From an uncultured virus (IMG/VR IMGVR_UViG_3300043425_000347) (taxonomy: Duplodnaviria > Heunggongvirae > Uroviricota > Caudoviricetes), in IMG/VR virus record IMGVR_UViG_3300043425_000347: DNA of 64,000 bases. One strand, written 5' to 3'. Shown piece after piece: positions 28,625-37,084 of this stretch. The position numbers and the translations under genes are program-made. The notes below the pieces were generated by a model. That model saw nothing but the letters and a program-made list of their open reading frames with translations. It ran no database searches and was not told where the DNA came from. The first letter of the stretch is position 1; each line of letters opens with the position of its first letter.

Positions 28625-29740
28625 TCAGATTTTTGACAGGGCCAGCTCAGCCAGACCTGCCGATTTTTTCTTCACCGCACCGCCCTTGGCCAGTTTGCTT
28701 GCGCCGTATAGCGCAGTGCCTGCACCGATTAACTGAGAGCCTACGCTGGGAGGCGCTTGGTACATTGTTTGGGTTGTGCCCATAGGCGTGCCGCGCAGGA
28801 TGTTCGACATGAACTCCAACTGCTGATACGGATACCGCTGTGCTGTGGCAAAGTCCTGCGCGCGGGCATTAAGAATCGCCTGTTGCTGCGCTTGCTGCTG
28901 AGCACCAAACTGGTTTTGCAGGTTGAGGATGTCGCGTTCCTGACCGAACTGTTGCTGCCCCAGAGCACCCAACTGACCTGCGCCCTGCAAGGCCGCCTGC
29001 AAACCCTGAAGGCCCAGACCCGCGCCATACTGACGTGACTGCTCACGGAGCTGCTGCTCAGTGTTGAATTGCTGCTGACCACGAGCAAACGCATCTTGCA
29101 AACCCCGAGCTTGGATGTCGCCTTTTTGGGTTGCCAAGTTACGCGCAGCTTCTGCGTCCATGATGGCTTGGCGGCTACCGCCAAACGCGCCGGACTTAAC
29201 AGCCTGAGCACCGCGCTGTGTGCCTGCAATATCGGCCTGTCGCTGAGCTTCCCGCTGCTGAATGTTCACCACATTCTGCATGTACGGGTCCATGTACTGA
29301 CCGGCTTGTGCGCCAAACTGACCCGTGGCATAGGGGTCATACTGCATACCCAGTCCGCGACTGGCAGCAGTACCTGCAAGCCCCATAGCCGTCCCCAGCT
29401 GTGGAGAAGTCTGCATACCGCCAGCGCGTTGATACGCCTGTTGTTGCATGGGGTCCATGCCAGCAACCACTTTGCTGGCGTCAAACCCAATCTGGTTACC
29501 CGCTTGATCGTACTGCCCAGCAAAACTTTTGAACGGGCGATCCGTAGTCAACGCTTCCGTTTTTGCAAGTGATCTCTCCGCAGCGGGTTTGGCCCAATCG
29601 GGCAGGTCAACAACTTGGGTGCTTGTGCCACCCCCACCCCCACCACCACCACCATAAATGATGCGACCGCCTTCGTTGCGGGTAACGGAGTCGCCCAACG
29701 GCTCGCCAAATGCTTCAAGCTGTCTGCGGGAATAGCTCAT
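28625..29740 (-). CDS. internal virion (DNA transfer/ejection) protein
   Basis: Leader then poly-Gly; YMDPY, GAFGGSR, Gln/Gly-rich. Confidence 0.65.
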   Translation of the reverse strand: MSYSRRQLEAFGEPLGDSVTRNEGGRIIYGGGGGGGGGTSTQVVDLPDWAKPAAERSLAKTEALTTDRPFKSFAGQYDQAGNQIGFDASKVVAGMDPMQQQAYQRAGGMQTSPQLGTAMGLAGTAASRGLGMQYDPYATGQFGAQAGQYMDPYMQNVVNIQQREAQRQADIAGTQRGAQAVKSGAFGGSRQAIMDAEAARNLATQKGDIQARGLQDAFARGQQQFNTEQQLREQSRQYGAGLGLQGLQAALQGAGQLGALGQQQFGQERDILNLQNQFGAQQQAQQQAILNARAQDFATAQRYPYQQLEFMSNILRGTPMGTTQTMYQAPPSVGSQLIGAGTALYGASKLAKGGAVKKKSAGLAELALSKI

Positions 29741-30141
29741 ATCTTCACTCCAACAATTTTGTACTTTTCTTCAAAGCCGTAACGTGACCAGAGCCGGGCG
29801 ATGGCTTCTCTTGCAGCACCTTCAATACAAGTTGCGCCCAAAGAACGCAGCAGCGCTTTGATCTGCTCAAACGTCTCTTCGTTGCTGATCAGCTTGCCGC
29901 CGATTGTCGTGATGAATGCAACGCGGTCATGCGGACGGCTGGTAAACATCACTGTTGCCGCTCCTTGTACACCTTCATCATTCACCGCTACGACCAGCAG
30001 TAGCTGGCCTGTGACCAGCAAAACCTTAACCGACTCCAGCGTGTAATCGCCTTTGGAGTGCTCAAGCGCCGATGCAATATGGGACTCCACCAGAGGCCAG
30101 ACTTGGTGGACATGTCCTACATCAACGCGTTCAATTCTCAT
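29737..30141 (-). CDS. GNAT-like protein of the ejection module
   Basis: Size, position and IEGAARE...RLWSRYGF resemble GNAT motif B. Confidence 0.5.
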   Translation of the reverse strand: MRIERVDVGHVHQVWPLVESHIASALEHSKGDYTLESVKVLLVTGQLLLVVAVNDEGVQGAATVMFTSRPHDRVAFITTIGGKLISNEETFEQIKALLRSLGATCIEGAAREAIARLWSRYGFEEKYKIVGVKI

Positions 30142-31214
30142 GCTGGCAGCAGCCGATCGGCTTTGGAGTTAACGGCTACACGGTCTTTACCCGTGGTCTT
30201 GCCACGAGCTTTTTGAACGCGGTCCATCATGGCGTACAGCTTGCGTGCGCCAGCTTCCGTGGAGCCATTACCTAGTTCAGAAACGATACGAGCAGGGACA
30301 ACGAACTCACCATCAGCAAGACGCGCTGGGCGCTTGTTCGCAATCGTTGCAGGAATGGAGTCAGATACACCATCGCCGGGTCCTTTCAAAAGCCGACCGC
30401 CATCGGAGTAGTCACCGAGGTGGGAGATACCCCCTGCAGCAAACATCTGACCGCCGTTGGCCATCATGGTTTCCATTTCATTGCGGTCGGACAACGCTTC
30501 GATTGGGCCACCTGCTGCGTAGTAGCTCGGGGTTCTGCCCAGCTTGTCTCGCGTACCCACAGGTACTTGCGTATAGCTGCTGGTGTTGGGGTCGTATGTG
30601 TATTCGTAGTTGGGGCCGCTGCCAGCGTAAGGCTTTGCCGCATCGGGCTCCAACGTGGGGGCCAGTGCAGCGAGACCGAATTTAGCTGCTTGTGCTCCGC
30701 CGCCCATGGAGGACAGTGCAGCAGAGCGACCAGCTTCAGTGCCAAGACCCTTAATGCCTGCACTCAATGCGCCTGTGTTGCTCGCCGCGCCGGGCATAGG
30801 CCCCACAAAACCGGGGTTTGCGGCAGACGCCGCCTGACTGGCAGCCGCATTACCCGCGCCCATCAAGCCACCAGTCAACCCAGCGCCGCCGTATGCGCCA
30901 AGCCCTGCCATCAGACCTTTTTCCAAGCTACCTGTACGGACGGTTTCCAGCCCACCCATCCCTAGCCCAATCATCCAAGGGGCGGCAGCGCCGCCTGTGG
31001 CTGCAGTAATGCCAGCACCGATGAGCATGGGCAGCATTCGCTTAAGGAAGTTGGCTTCGGGTAAACCCGTATCTGGGTTGAGCGTCAGGGTGCCGCCTGC
31101 AGCCATGGCGAGCGCTTGGAGGCCCGAGACTTCCTCTGGGGCCATGTGAACCAACATGGTGTCGCCTTTGCGCCCACGGCTGGCAAGGTGTTGTGCAGCA
31201 AGTTCTAGGCTCAT
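30138..31214 (-). CDS. virion protein (GRKGDTMLVH...NPDTGLPE; GPGDGVSDSIPA...LADGEFV)
   Basis: GAGG RBS before MSLELAAQ; motifs common in phage virion/tail proteins. Confidence 0.6.
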   Translation of the reverse strand: MSLELAAQHLASRGRKGDTMLVHMAPEEVSGLQALAMAAGGTLTLNPDTGLPEANFLKRMLPMLIGAGITAATGGAAAPWMIGLGMGGLETVRTGSLEKGLMAGLGAYGGAGLTGGLMGAGNAAASQAASAANPGFVGPMPGAASNTGALSAGIKGLGTEAGRSAALSSMGGGAQAAKFGLAALAPTLEPDAAKPYAGSGPNYEYTYDPNTSSYTQVPVGTRDKLGRTPSYYAAGGPIEALSDRNEMETMMANGGQMFAAGGISHLGDYSDGGRLLKGPGDGVSDSIPATIANKRPARLADGEFVVPARIVSELGNGSTEAGARKLYAMMDRVQKARGKTTGKDRVAVNSKADRLLPA

Positions 31215-31248
31215 TGGGGCCTCACGGAATGGGGGTTGATTGAGTCTA

Positions 31249-31887
31249 TCATGGGAGAACCGAAGAGACAAATGAAAGTGTGGCCACCACAGAGGGGATG
31301 GACGGCATCGGGAAGGGGCTGGTCTGGGCTGCGGTAGCGTCAAAAGTCACGGCTGTATCGCTGGCCGCTGCCCACATTTCAACGGTGTCCCCGGCGGTCA
31401 GTTGCACATAAAAGTTGGCCGCTGCAATGACAAACCCCGGAATACCCCCGTGGCTGGAGATGACGTCAAACTTACTGCCTGTCCCAGTCACGTCGATGTT
31501 GTTGATGCGCAGCCAAATCCACGCAGAGTGAATCTGGCTGTCGGTGTTTTTCAACTGGACACTGAACTGATAGTTGTAAATGCCGGACTGGTTGACCAAG
31601 ATGCCGTCCGTGCCATCGTTGACGCAGCCGTTGATAAAGTCGGTCTCGTCAAACGTGATTTGCGTAGCGGTGTTGACCGTGAAAGTCTTGTCCGTAGTGC
31701 GCTGAATGGCAGCGTACGGGAAATTCAGGTACTGCCCTCCACGAGGACCAACCAACGTGTTGACATTGCCATTAAGCTGGTTGAAATACAGCCGCAGCAC
31801 ATCGCTGTGCTGGTTGTGAAATCGCGTCTCGTACGCTTGCGGAGCAGCGGGCAGTCGTGGCGGTACAACACCGAGAAGCTGGGTCAT
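31249..31887 (-). CDS. tail protein with a C1q/TNF-like C-terminal domain
   Basis: LRLYFNQL; GIYNYQFSVQ...LTAGDTVEM. Confidence 0.6.
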   Translation of the reverse strand: MTQLLGVVPPRLPAAPQAYETRFHNQHSDVLRLYFNQLNGNVNTLVGPRGGQYLNFPYAAIQRTTDKTFTVNTATQITFDETDFINGCVNDGTDGILVNQSGIYNYQFSVQLKNTDSQIHSAWIWLRINNIDVTGTGSKFDVISSHGGIPGFVIAAANFYVQLTAGDTVEMWAAASDTAVTFDATAAQTSPFPMPSIPSVVATLSFVSSVLP

Positions 31888-31889
31888 GC

Positions 31890-33833
31890 TTATCTCCGAC
31901 CATCAGGCCTGATGTCAAGTGACGGAACGCCAAGCTGCCACTGCACACCCAAACCGTCCGAGCTAATACGGAACGCCATCTGGCGACCACGGACCCGGAC
32001 ATACACAATCTCGGTGAACTGTTGCACCGTGTAGTTGCGCTGGCCTTGGTAGTTCTGCGTACTGGTCACTGTGGGAGATGCGGCAGGGCCGTAGTTTGAG
32101 CCGGGGTTTTGCCGTGGGCGCAGCGTCATGGTGACCGACGGGTTGTTGACTGTTGAACCGTCAAAGGTGACGTCCGGGATCATGCGCCATGCAAAGCCGT
32201 AGTTGTGTCCGTCCCCAATGTTCACGTCGGCTGACTGGCAGAACGAAACGATCGGGCTTGGTGGGTTTGTGGTGCCGTCATCCACACCACTTTCGTGGTA
32301 GATCAACTGGCCGTTGTAGCCCGCAGCGGTGGGGCTATCGCGCAGGGGGGTGTCCAGCCATGCAGTGCGTGCAAGGTTGCCGTAAGACCAGATTTTTTCC
32401 ACGTGGTTGTAAATGACATAGCGGTCAACCACTGTGGAGTTGGCCGAGCAGTAGAACCACCAGACTTCGTTGAAGCCTTCATTGGTACCTGCGAAGAATT
32501 GGTACTGCTGCTGCAGGTTGATGTCCCCGAAGATGTACTGGCGCAGGGGGCAGTAGAGCGTTTCCACACGACCGGAGTACATGTAGAACTTGTCGTAGCC
32601 CATCCAGTACACGACGTTGGACGCTGTTGCAGTGACGTTTGGCCCCGCAATCGAAATGTTGTCGCCCAGAATTTGGAAGCCCCAAACAAACGGAGGGCCA
32701 AGGTACTGCATGGAGTACACCGCTGCGTCAGTAAACACCAAAATTTCTTGGCGGGTTTGCTGGTGCGCCACAATGGACGAGCCCGTACTCAGGCGGTAGC
32801 TACCTGCTTGGTTGGTAACTGCCGGAGACCACAAGGCGTAATTTTCCTGATCGGACCACCGAACTAGAAGTGGGTCTAAAACAGCGGAGCCATAGTCGTT
32901 GCAGCCAAAAGCGATCGTGAAGCGCGAAGCATCAGAGATGGCCACTGCATTGGCCACCGTTGGGCAGTCCGTATCTGTTGTGTATGGTGACGGGCTTGCG
33001 GGGGACAGCAGCACGGCGCGGTCATATGTGCTTGGGCTGGGGTTGACTTTCCACAAATACAGCCCGCCCCCGCGAGGATTCAAGATCAAGTCCTGCCCGT
33101 AATTGTCTTGGCTCCATAACCGCAACTGAATGCCCACACCAATACCGGCGGGGGCAGGGGCCCCCCAACCTGTAAGCACACCCGCAGTGTTTCCGCCCCA
33201 ACCACCTGCACCCCAACCTGTGCCAACCGTAAAAATCTCACCGCCAACGGATATTTGGTAGGAGAAGGTAGCCGCCCCTGTAGTGCCGGAAGACGTGGCC
33301 GGGGAAGACACAACAATGCTGTACGTGCTTGAGTCGATGTATGTGATCCTGAACTCGCGGTTTAGTGCGGCTGCAGGGATGCCATTAACTGCGCCAGCTA
33401 CACCGGAGATGGTGACAAAATCGCCTTCTTGACCGCCGTACCCGGCATCGTTGACCACCACTGTAGTGGAGCCGTTTACCGTGGTAAATGCATTGGAAGC
33501 CACGGTGTTGACATCCCGCAAAGGCGTGACGTCGTAAAAAGAACCGCCGCTACTGTCTTGAATGTAGTACTTAAGGTTGGTGCCGATACCCATCAAGTTA
33601 GCGCCGGACAGCGTGATCCAGTTCCACAGAGAGCGGGCTACGCCCCAGTATGACCCTGCCGGTGGCTGCAGTGTCGATGGTGTTGTGCCGGTATCCTTAA
33701 CCCAACCGCCCAGCTTTTCGGGATAGCCCGAGCGAAAACGCACCTTGTCCATCTCGAACCAAGTGCCTTCATTGGCCAGCGTTGTCGATTCACGGTTTAC
33801 ACCGGGGCGCAGTTGGAGTTTCTGTAAGGGCAT
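31890..33833 (-). CDS. tail nozzle / DNA stabilization protein (P22 gp10-like)
   Basis: PGVNRE...VRFRSGYPEKLGGW; VRWSDQE; EVWWFY; RVRGRQ. Confidence 0.7.
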   Translation of the reverse strand: MPLQKLQLRPGVNRESTTLANEGTWFEMDKVRFRSGYPEKLGGWVKDTGTTPSTLQPPAGSYWGVARSLWNWITLSGANLMGIGTNLKYYIQDSSGGSFYDVTPLRDVNTVASNAFTTVNGSTTVVVNDAGYGGQEGDFVTISGVAGAVNGIPAAALNREFRITYIDSSTYSIVVSSPATSSGTTGAATFSYQISVGGEIFTVGTGWGAGGWGGNTAGVLTGWGAPAPAGIGVGIQLRLWSQDNYGQDLILNPRGGGLYLWKVNPSPSTYDRAVLLSPASPSPYTTDTDCPTVANAVAISDASRFTIAFGCNDYGSAVLDPLLVRWSDQENYALWSPAVTNQAGSYRLSTGSSIVAHQQTRQEILVFTDAAVYSMQYLGPPFVWGFQILGDNISIAGPNVTATASNVVYWMGYDKFYMYSGRVETLYCPLRQYIFGDINLQQQYQFFAGTNEGFNEVWWFYCSANSTVVDRYVIYNHVEKIWSYGNLARTAWLDTPLRDSPTAAGYNGQLIYHESGVDDGTTNPPSPIVSFCQSADVNIGDGHNYGFAWRMIPDVTFDGSTVNNPSVTMTLRPRQNPGSNYGPAASPTVTSTQNYQGQRNYTVQQFTEIVYVRVRGRQMAFRISSDGLGVQWQLGVPSLDIRPDGRR

Positions 33834-33864
33834 CGTTTACCTCAGTTTTCCAGCATTTTCGCAC

Positions 33865-34380
33865 TTAACTCAGGAACAGCGCAATCTCAGCCTCACGGCG
33901 TTTGACCAGACCCGGCAAGACTTTCCCACCCCCCTTGGTCCAAACCCGAAACGCCTCTGCTGCGCCTTCCCAATCCCCCCGGTTGGCTTTCATGCGGATG
34001 GTGCTGCGCTGGAGATTGCCTAGCCCAAAGTTAAAGGAAATAGAGACAAGAGCGTCGAAAGAGCCCTGACGCCCAACCACACCGGGAACAAGACGAAGAA
34101 CACCCCGTTCAAAATCTCTGACGTCAACTCGGAATAGTTCGTTGATCTCTTCTTTCGTCCAGACACGGTTGTCCTCCGGCTTCAGCGGAAACTCGCTGCG
34201 GATCATGGGGATGTCGGCTTTGGTCTTGCCCGGTGGCCGAACCATAGGGAGCCTGATCTGCTCTTGGTACAGGACGTGGCCGTAGCCAATCGTCCAGATG
34301 TGGGCCGGGCAAAGGTATGGCTTGTTCCTACACCCCTCAAAGCGGTGCATCAGGTCTTCCCCGGCTTTGCTCAGTTTCAC
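33865..34380 (-). CDS. endolysin, GH24 lysozyme
   Basis: FEG...PYLCPAHIWTIGYGH; FDALVSISFNFG; GGKVLPGLVKRREAE. Confidence 0.92.
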   Translation of the reverse strand: MKLSKAGEDLMHRFEGCRNKPYLCPAHIWTIGYGHVLYQEQIRLPMVRPPGKTKADIPMIRSEFPLKPEDNRVWTKEEINELFRVDVRDFERGVLRLVPGVVGRQGSFDALVSISFNFGLGNLQRSTIRMKANRGDWEGAAEAFRVWTKGGGKVLPGLVKRREAEIALFLS

Positions 34381-34880
34381 TTCTTGCTCCACTGGCGAGA
34401 ACCAAACCAAAATCCGATGATGCCGCCCAGCATGGCCATCTCGTCGCTGGAGAAAATCAGGTCGGAGTAGCGGATTACATCGTCAATGCTGGTGATCAGA
34501 CCCGGCTGCTGGTACAGATACCAAGCCATGAAAGCGTTGATTGCCACCAGCTCCAGCACGAAGATGTAAGTTACTGTTGGGCGCACAGTGCCCACATAGC
34601 TGGACACCCATGAAGCGGCCTTCTCAAGCACCTTGGCATCGTGGGCCAGCGCTGCCTCGGTCATCTTGGCATCGGTCTCCATCGCTACCTGCTCGGTGCG
34701 GATTTCCTCGATCTTGGCCTGTGCGGCAAAGCCAGCAGCGGCCAGTTGCAACTCACGCTCGGTTTGGACTCGGGCCAGCGCCAGCTCGTGTTTCTGATCG
34801 GCCTTGTTTTGGAAGTATTCCAGCAGCTTGGGCAGGCCGGAGATCAGCAGACCCCCGAGAGTTGAAATAAGTGAAAGCAT
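34377..34880 (-). CDS. membrane protein, probable 3TM-type holin
   Basis: Hydrophobic N-terminus, VRP.VTY TM, C-terminal IIGFWFGSR; adjacent to the endolysin. Confidence 0.6.
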   Translation of the reverse strand: MLSLISTLGGLLISGLPKLLEYFQNKADQKHELALARVQTERELQLAAAGFAAQAKIEEIRTEQVAMETDAKMTEAALAHDAKVLEKAASWVSSYVGTVRPTVTYIFVLELVAINAFMAWYLYQQPGLITSIDDVIRYSDLIFSSDEMAMLGGIIGFWFGSRQWSKK

Positions 34881-35497
34881 CAGTTACCCCTTTTGGTTAG
34901 CATGGCGCTGGCAATCTCCAGCATGAATTTTACTTGTTGGATGTCCTGCGGTGGCTCTGCCCAGCCCACTGTGATCTGCCCAACAAACCGATAGCTGTCT
35001 GGCGGAACGCTCACCCGGCAGGTGTACCCAACGCCCTTCTCCAAGTACCACAGGCCCACTTCGGACTGCGCGTAGCGGTACTCCCCGCAAGGAATTTCGT
35101 TGGTCATCAGCTTGACCACATCCGAGTTGTTGGACGAATTCTGGCTGAACAGCCCAACATCAATGTCCTCAATGCTCTTGTCCCTGCCGTCCTTGGTGTA
35201 CGCCCTGTAGACCGTCCGGCTATTGAAAAGTGGGTTGACCTTAAAGACCGCCACCACTGTGGCCCCAGTTTTTTTCATCAGCATCGAGCCTACGTCGTCA
35301 GCTCGGCTGGTGTTGATCTCCGGCAGCTTCTTGGATTCCTTGTAGGCGTCCCGCATGAACTCTTGGTTCTGCCACAGGAAGTACCCGGCAAAAGCCACCA
35401 CGCCCATGATGAGGATGGCAAACAGCTTAAACGGCGAGTCCACATACCCGAGCACCTTGTCGAGCGTTGTGTTGGCGTTTAACTTTTCGTCGCTCAT
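34880..35497 (-). CDS. single-TM membrane protein with a periplasmic domain (T4 T-holin-like architecture)
   Basis: One TM (LFAILIMGVVAFAGYFLW) then a ~160-aa domain with two Cys; lies in the lysis cassette. Confidence 0.45.
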   Translation of the reverse strand: MSDEKLNANTTLDKVLGYVDSPFKLFAILIMGVVAFAGYFLWQNQEFMRDAYKESKKLPEINTSRADDVGSMLMKKTGATVVAVFKVNPLFNSRTVYRAYTKDGRDKSIEDIDVGLFSQNSSNNSDVVKLMTNEIPCGEYRYAQSEVGLWYLEKGVGYTCRVSVPPDSYRFVGQITVGWAEPPQDIQQVKFMLEIASAMLTKRGN

Positions 35498-35940
35498 CGC
35501 AGGTGCAACATGTACAAAATGATGCCGTAAATAATCAACGCAGCCAAGACCAGCGAGGCGATTCCAATGGCAATGTACTCAACCAGTTGCTCCAACCTGA
35601 CCCTGCGTAGCCTTGCTGCTTTTTCTGCGGCTTCTTTGGCTTCCCTGCGCTTACGAGCAGCTTGCGCTTGGAACTTCTGCCAGTCAGTCCACATGCCCGG
35701 ACGGCCAGCGTAGACCATACGCTCACGCAGCTCTTCTTCTTGCTGGCGCAGTTGCTCCAGCGCCATAAACTCTTCAAGGTCAGAGCCGCCGCCTTTTTTG
35801 TTGGCGCTTTCCTGAATCTTTGCCTTGTTGTCAAAGTAATCAAAGACCTTTGAGCCGAGCGCAGACAGCTCTTTGCCGTTGGCGAGAGCCGTTTTAATAA
35901 CCGAAAACGCGGCGTTTGCGGCAGCAATTTCGGCCAACAT
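35494..35940 (-). CDS. membrane-anchored coiled-coil protein of the lysis region
   Basis: AAGGAG RBS; C-terminal TM. Confidence 0.6.
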   Translation of the reverse strand: MLAEIAAANAAFSVIKTALANGKELSALGSKVFDYFDNKAKIQESANKKGGGSDLEEFMALEQLRQQEEELRERMVYAGRPGMWTDWQKFQAQAARKRREAKEAAEKAARLRRVRLEQLVEYIAIGIASLVLAALIIYGIILYMLHLR

Positions 35941-35965
35941 ACCGACTCCTTACTACAACACAGGG

Positions 35966-37075
35966 TTACGCAGTACGCTTCCACATTGCCACAGTGATGT
36001 ACGGCTGGAGGTTGGCGTTAGTGCCGCTGGAGCCCGTGGAATCTGTGGTAAACGAGTGACTATGTGTTCCAGCAGTGGAAGTCAGACCGCCATCAGGAGT
36101 CTGGGAGGTTCCGTTGAGGGTATACAATTCAAATCCACCACCACCCCCAGTAGCCGCCAGAGACTTCGTAGAGCCAACTGTGGGGGAGTATTGTGAACTG
36201 GAATCAGTGCCGCCATTATAGACAGCGAAATGCTGATGTCCGCCAGTAGTATTGGTATTCCCTGTATGGGTGTGCGCAACAACAATAGCATCTTTGCTAC
36301 CGCCAGTCTCTTCTAAAACATCAAACAGTGGATCACCAGCGTTCAGACCCACCATGACTCGGCCAGCGCCAAATGCAACCCATGTGCCAAACCCAAAAAG
36401 AGTGGCGGGGTTAGTGGTTACACCTGCGTTGATGTAGATCGAGCCGACAGGGTACATGCGCTGTATAGCGGCTTGAACAAAGCTCGTGTTCGCAATAGCC
36501 ATTGTTGCATCCCCCAACCCCATTGACGGTGCTGTCGGGGTGCCGGTAAGCGCAGGGCTTGCCGATAATACTGTTGACCCGGTACCAGTGGATGTATTCG
36601 TTCCAGTACCGCCTTGGGCCACAGCAAGAGGAGTGGTAAGCGTCAGACTGGAAAGGTGGTCGTTCTGCACGCGGAAGTTGGTTCCATCCGACCAAACCGT
36701 CATGGTTTTGCCCGCAGGGATAGCCACCCCAGTACCCGCTGCGGTTGTGTTGCCCAGCACCGTGGAGTTGTAAATCGTAGCCGCATACGCGCTGGCGTTG
36801 TAGATGACGTAGGTCTTTTCGGCTGGGGGAGCGTAGACGTTGAACACTGCGGTGGTGGTTGTGGTCAGCGCAATTGACATATTGCGTGACTGGTCAGCAG
36901 CGCCGTTGAGCGCGGTCAGCGCTTGGTTGGCCGAAGTGATCGACACTGAGGTGTAGCCTGCAATCGCAGACTCAATCAGCTCACCAAGGTTGGTGTTGGT
37001 CGTGTTGCCCCACGTACCGGCTTGTGTGCCGGTCGTGATGAGTTCAATCCGAAGACTGGGGGAGTAGGTGCTCAT
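35966..37075 (-). CDS. tail fibre/baseplate-like protein (T4 gp10 C-terminal-like domain)
   Basis: GTWG.TTN.N; YPVGSIY...NPATLFGFGTW...GRVMVG...HTH...NLQPYITV.MWKRTA. Confidence 0.75.
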   Translation of the reverse strand: MSTYSPSLRIELITTGTQAGTWGNTTNTNLGELIESAIAGYTSVSITSANQALTALNGAADQSRNMSIALTTTTTAVFNVYAPPAEKTYVIYNASAYAATIYNSTVLGNTTAAGTGVAIPAGKTMTVWSDGTNFRVQNDHLSSLTLTTPLAVAQGGTGTNTSTGTGSTVLSASPALTGTPTAPSMGLGDATMAIANTSFVQAAIQRMYPVGSIYINAGVTTNPATLFGFGTWVAFGAGRVMVGLNAGDPLFDVLEETGGSKDAIVVAHTHTGNTNTTGGHQHFAVYNGGTDSSSQYSPTVGSTKSLAATGGGGGFELYTLNGTSQTPDGGLTSTAGTHSHSFTTDSTGSSGTNANLQPYITVAMWKRTA

Positions 37076-37084
37076 GGAAAGTCC

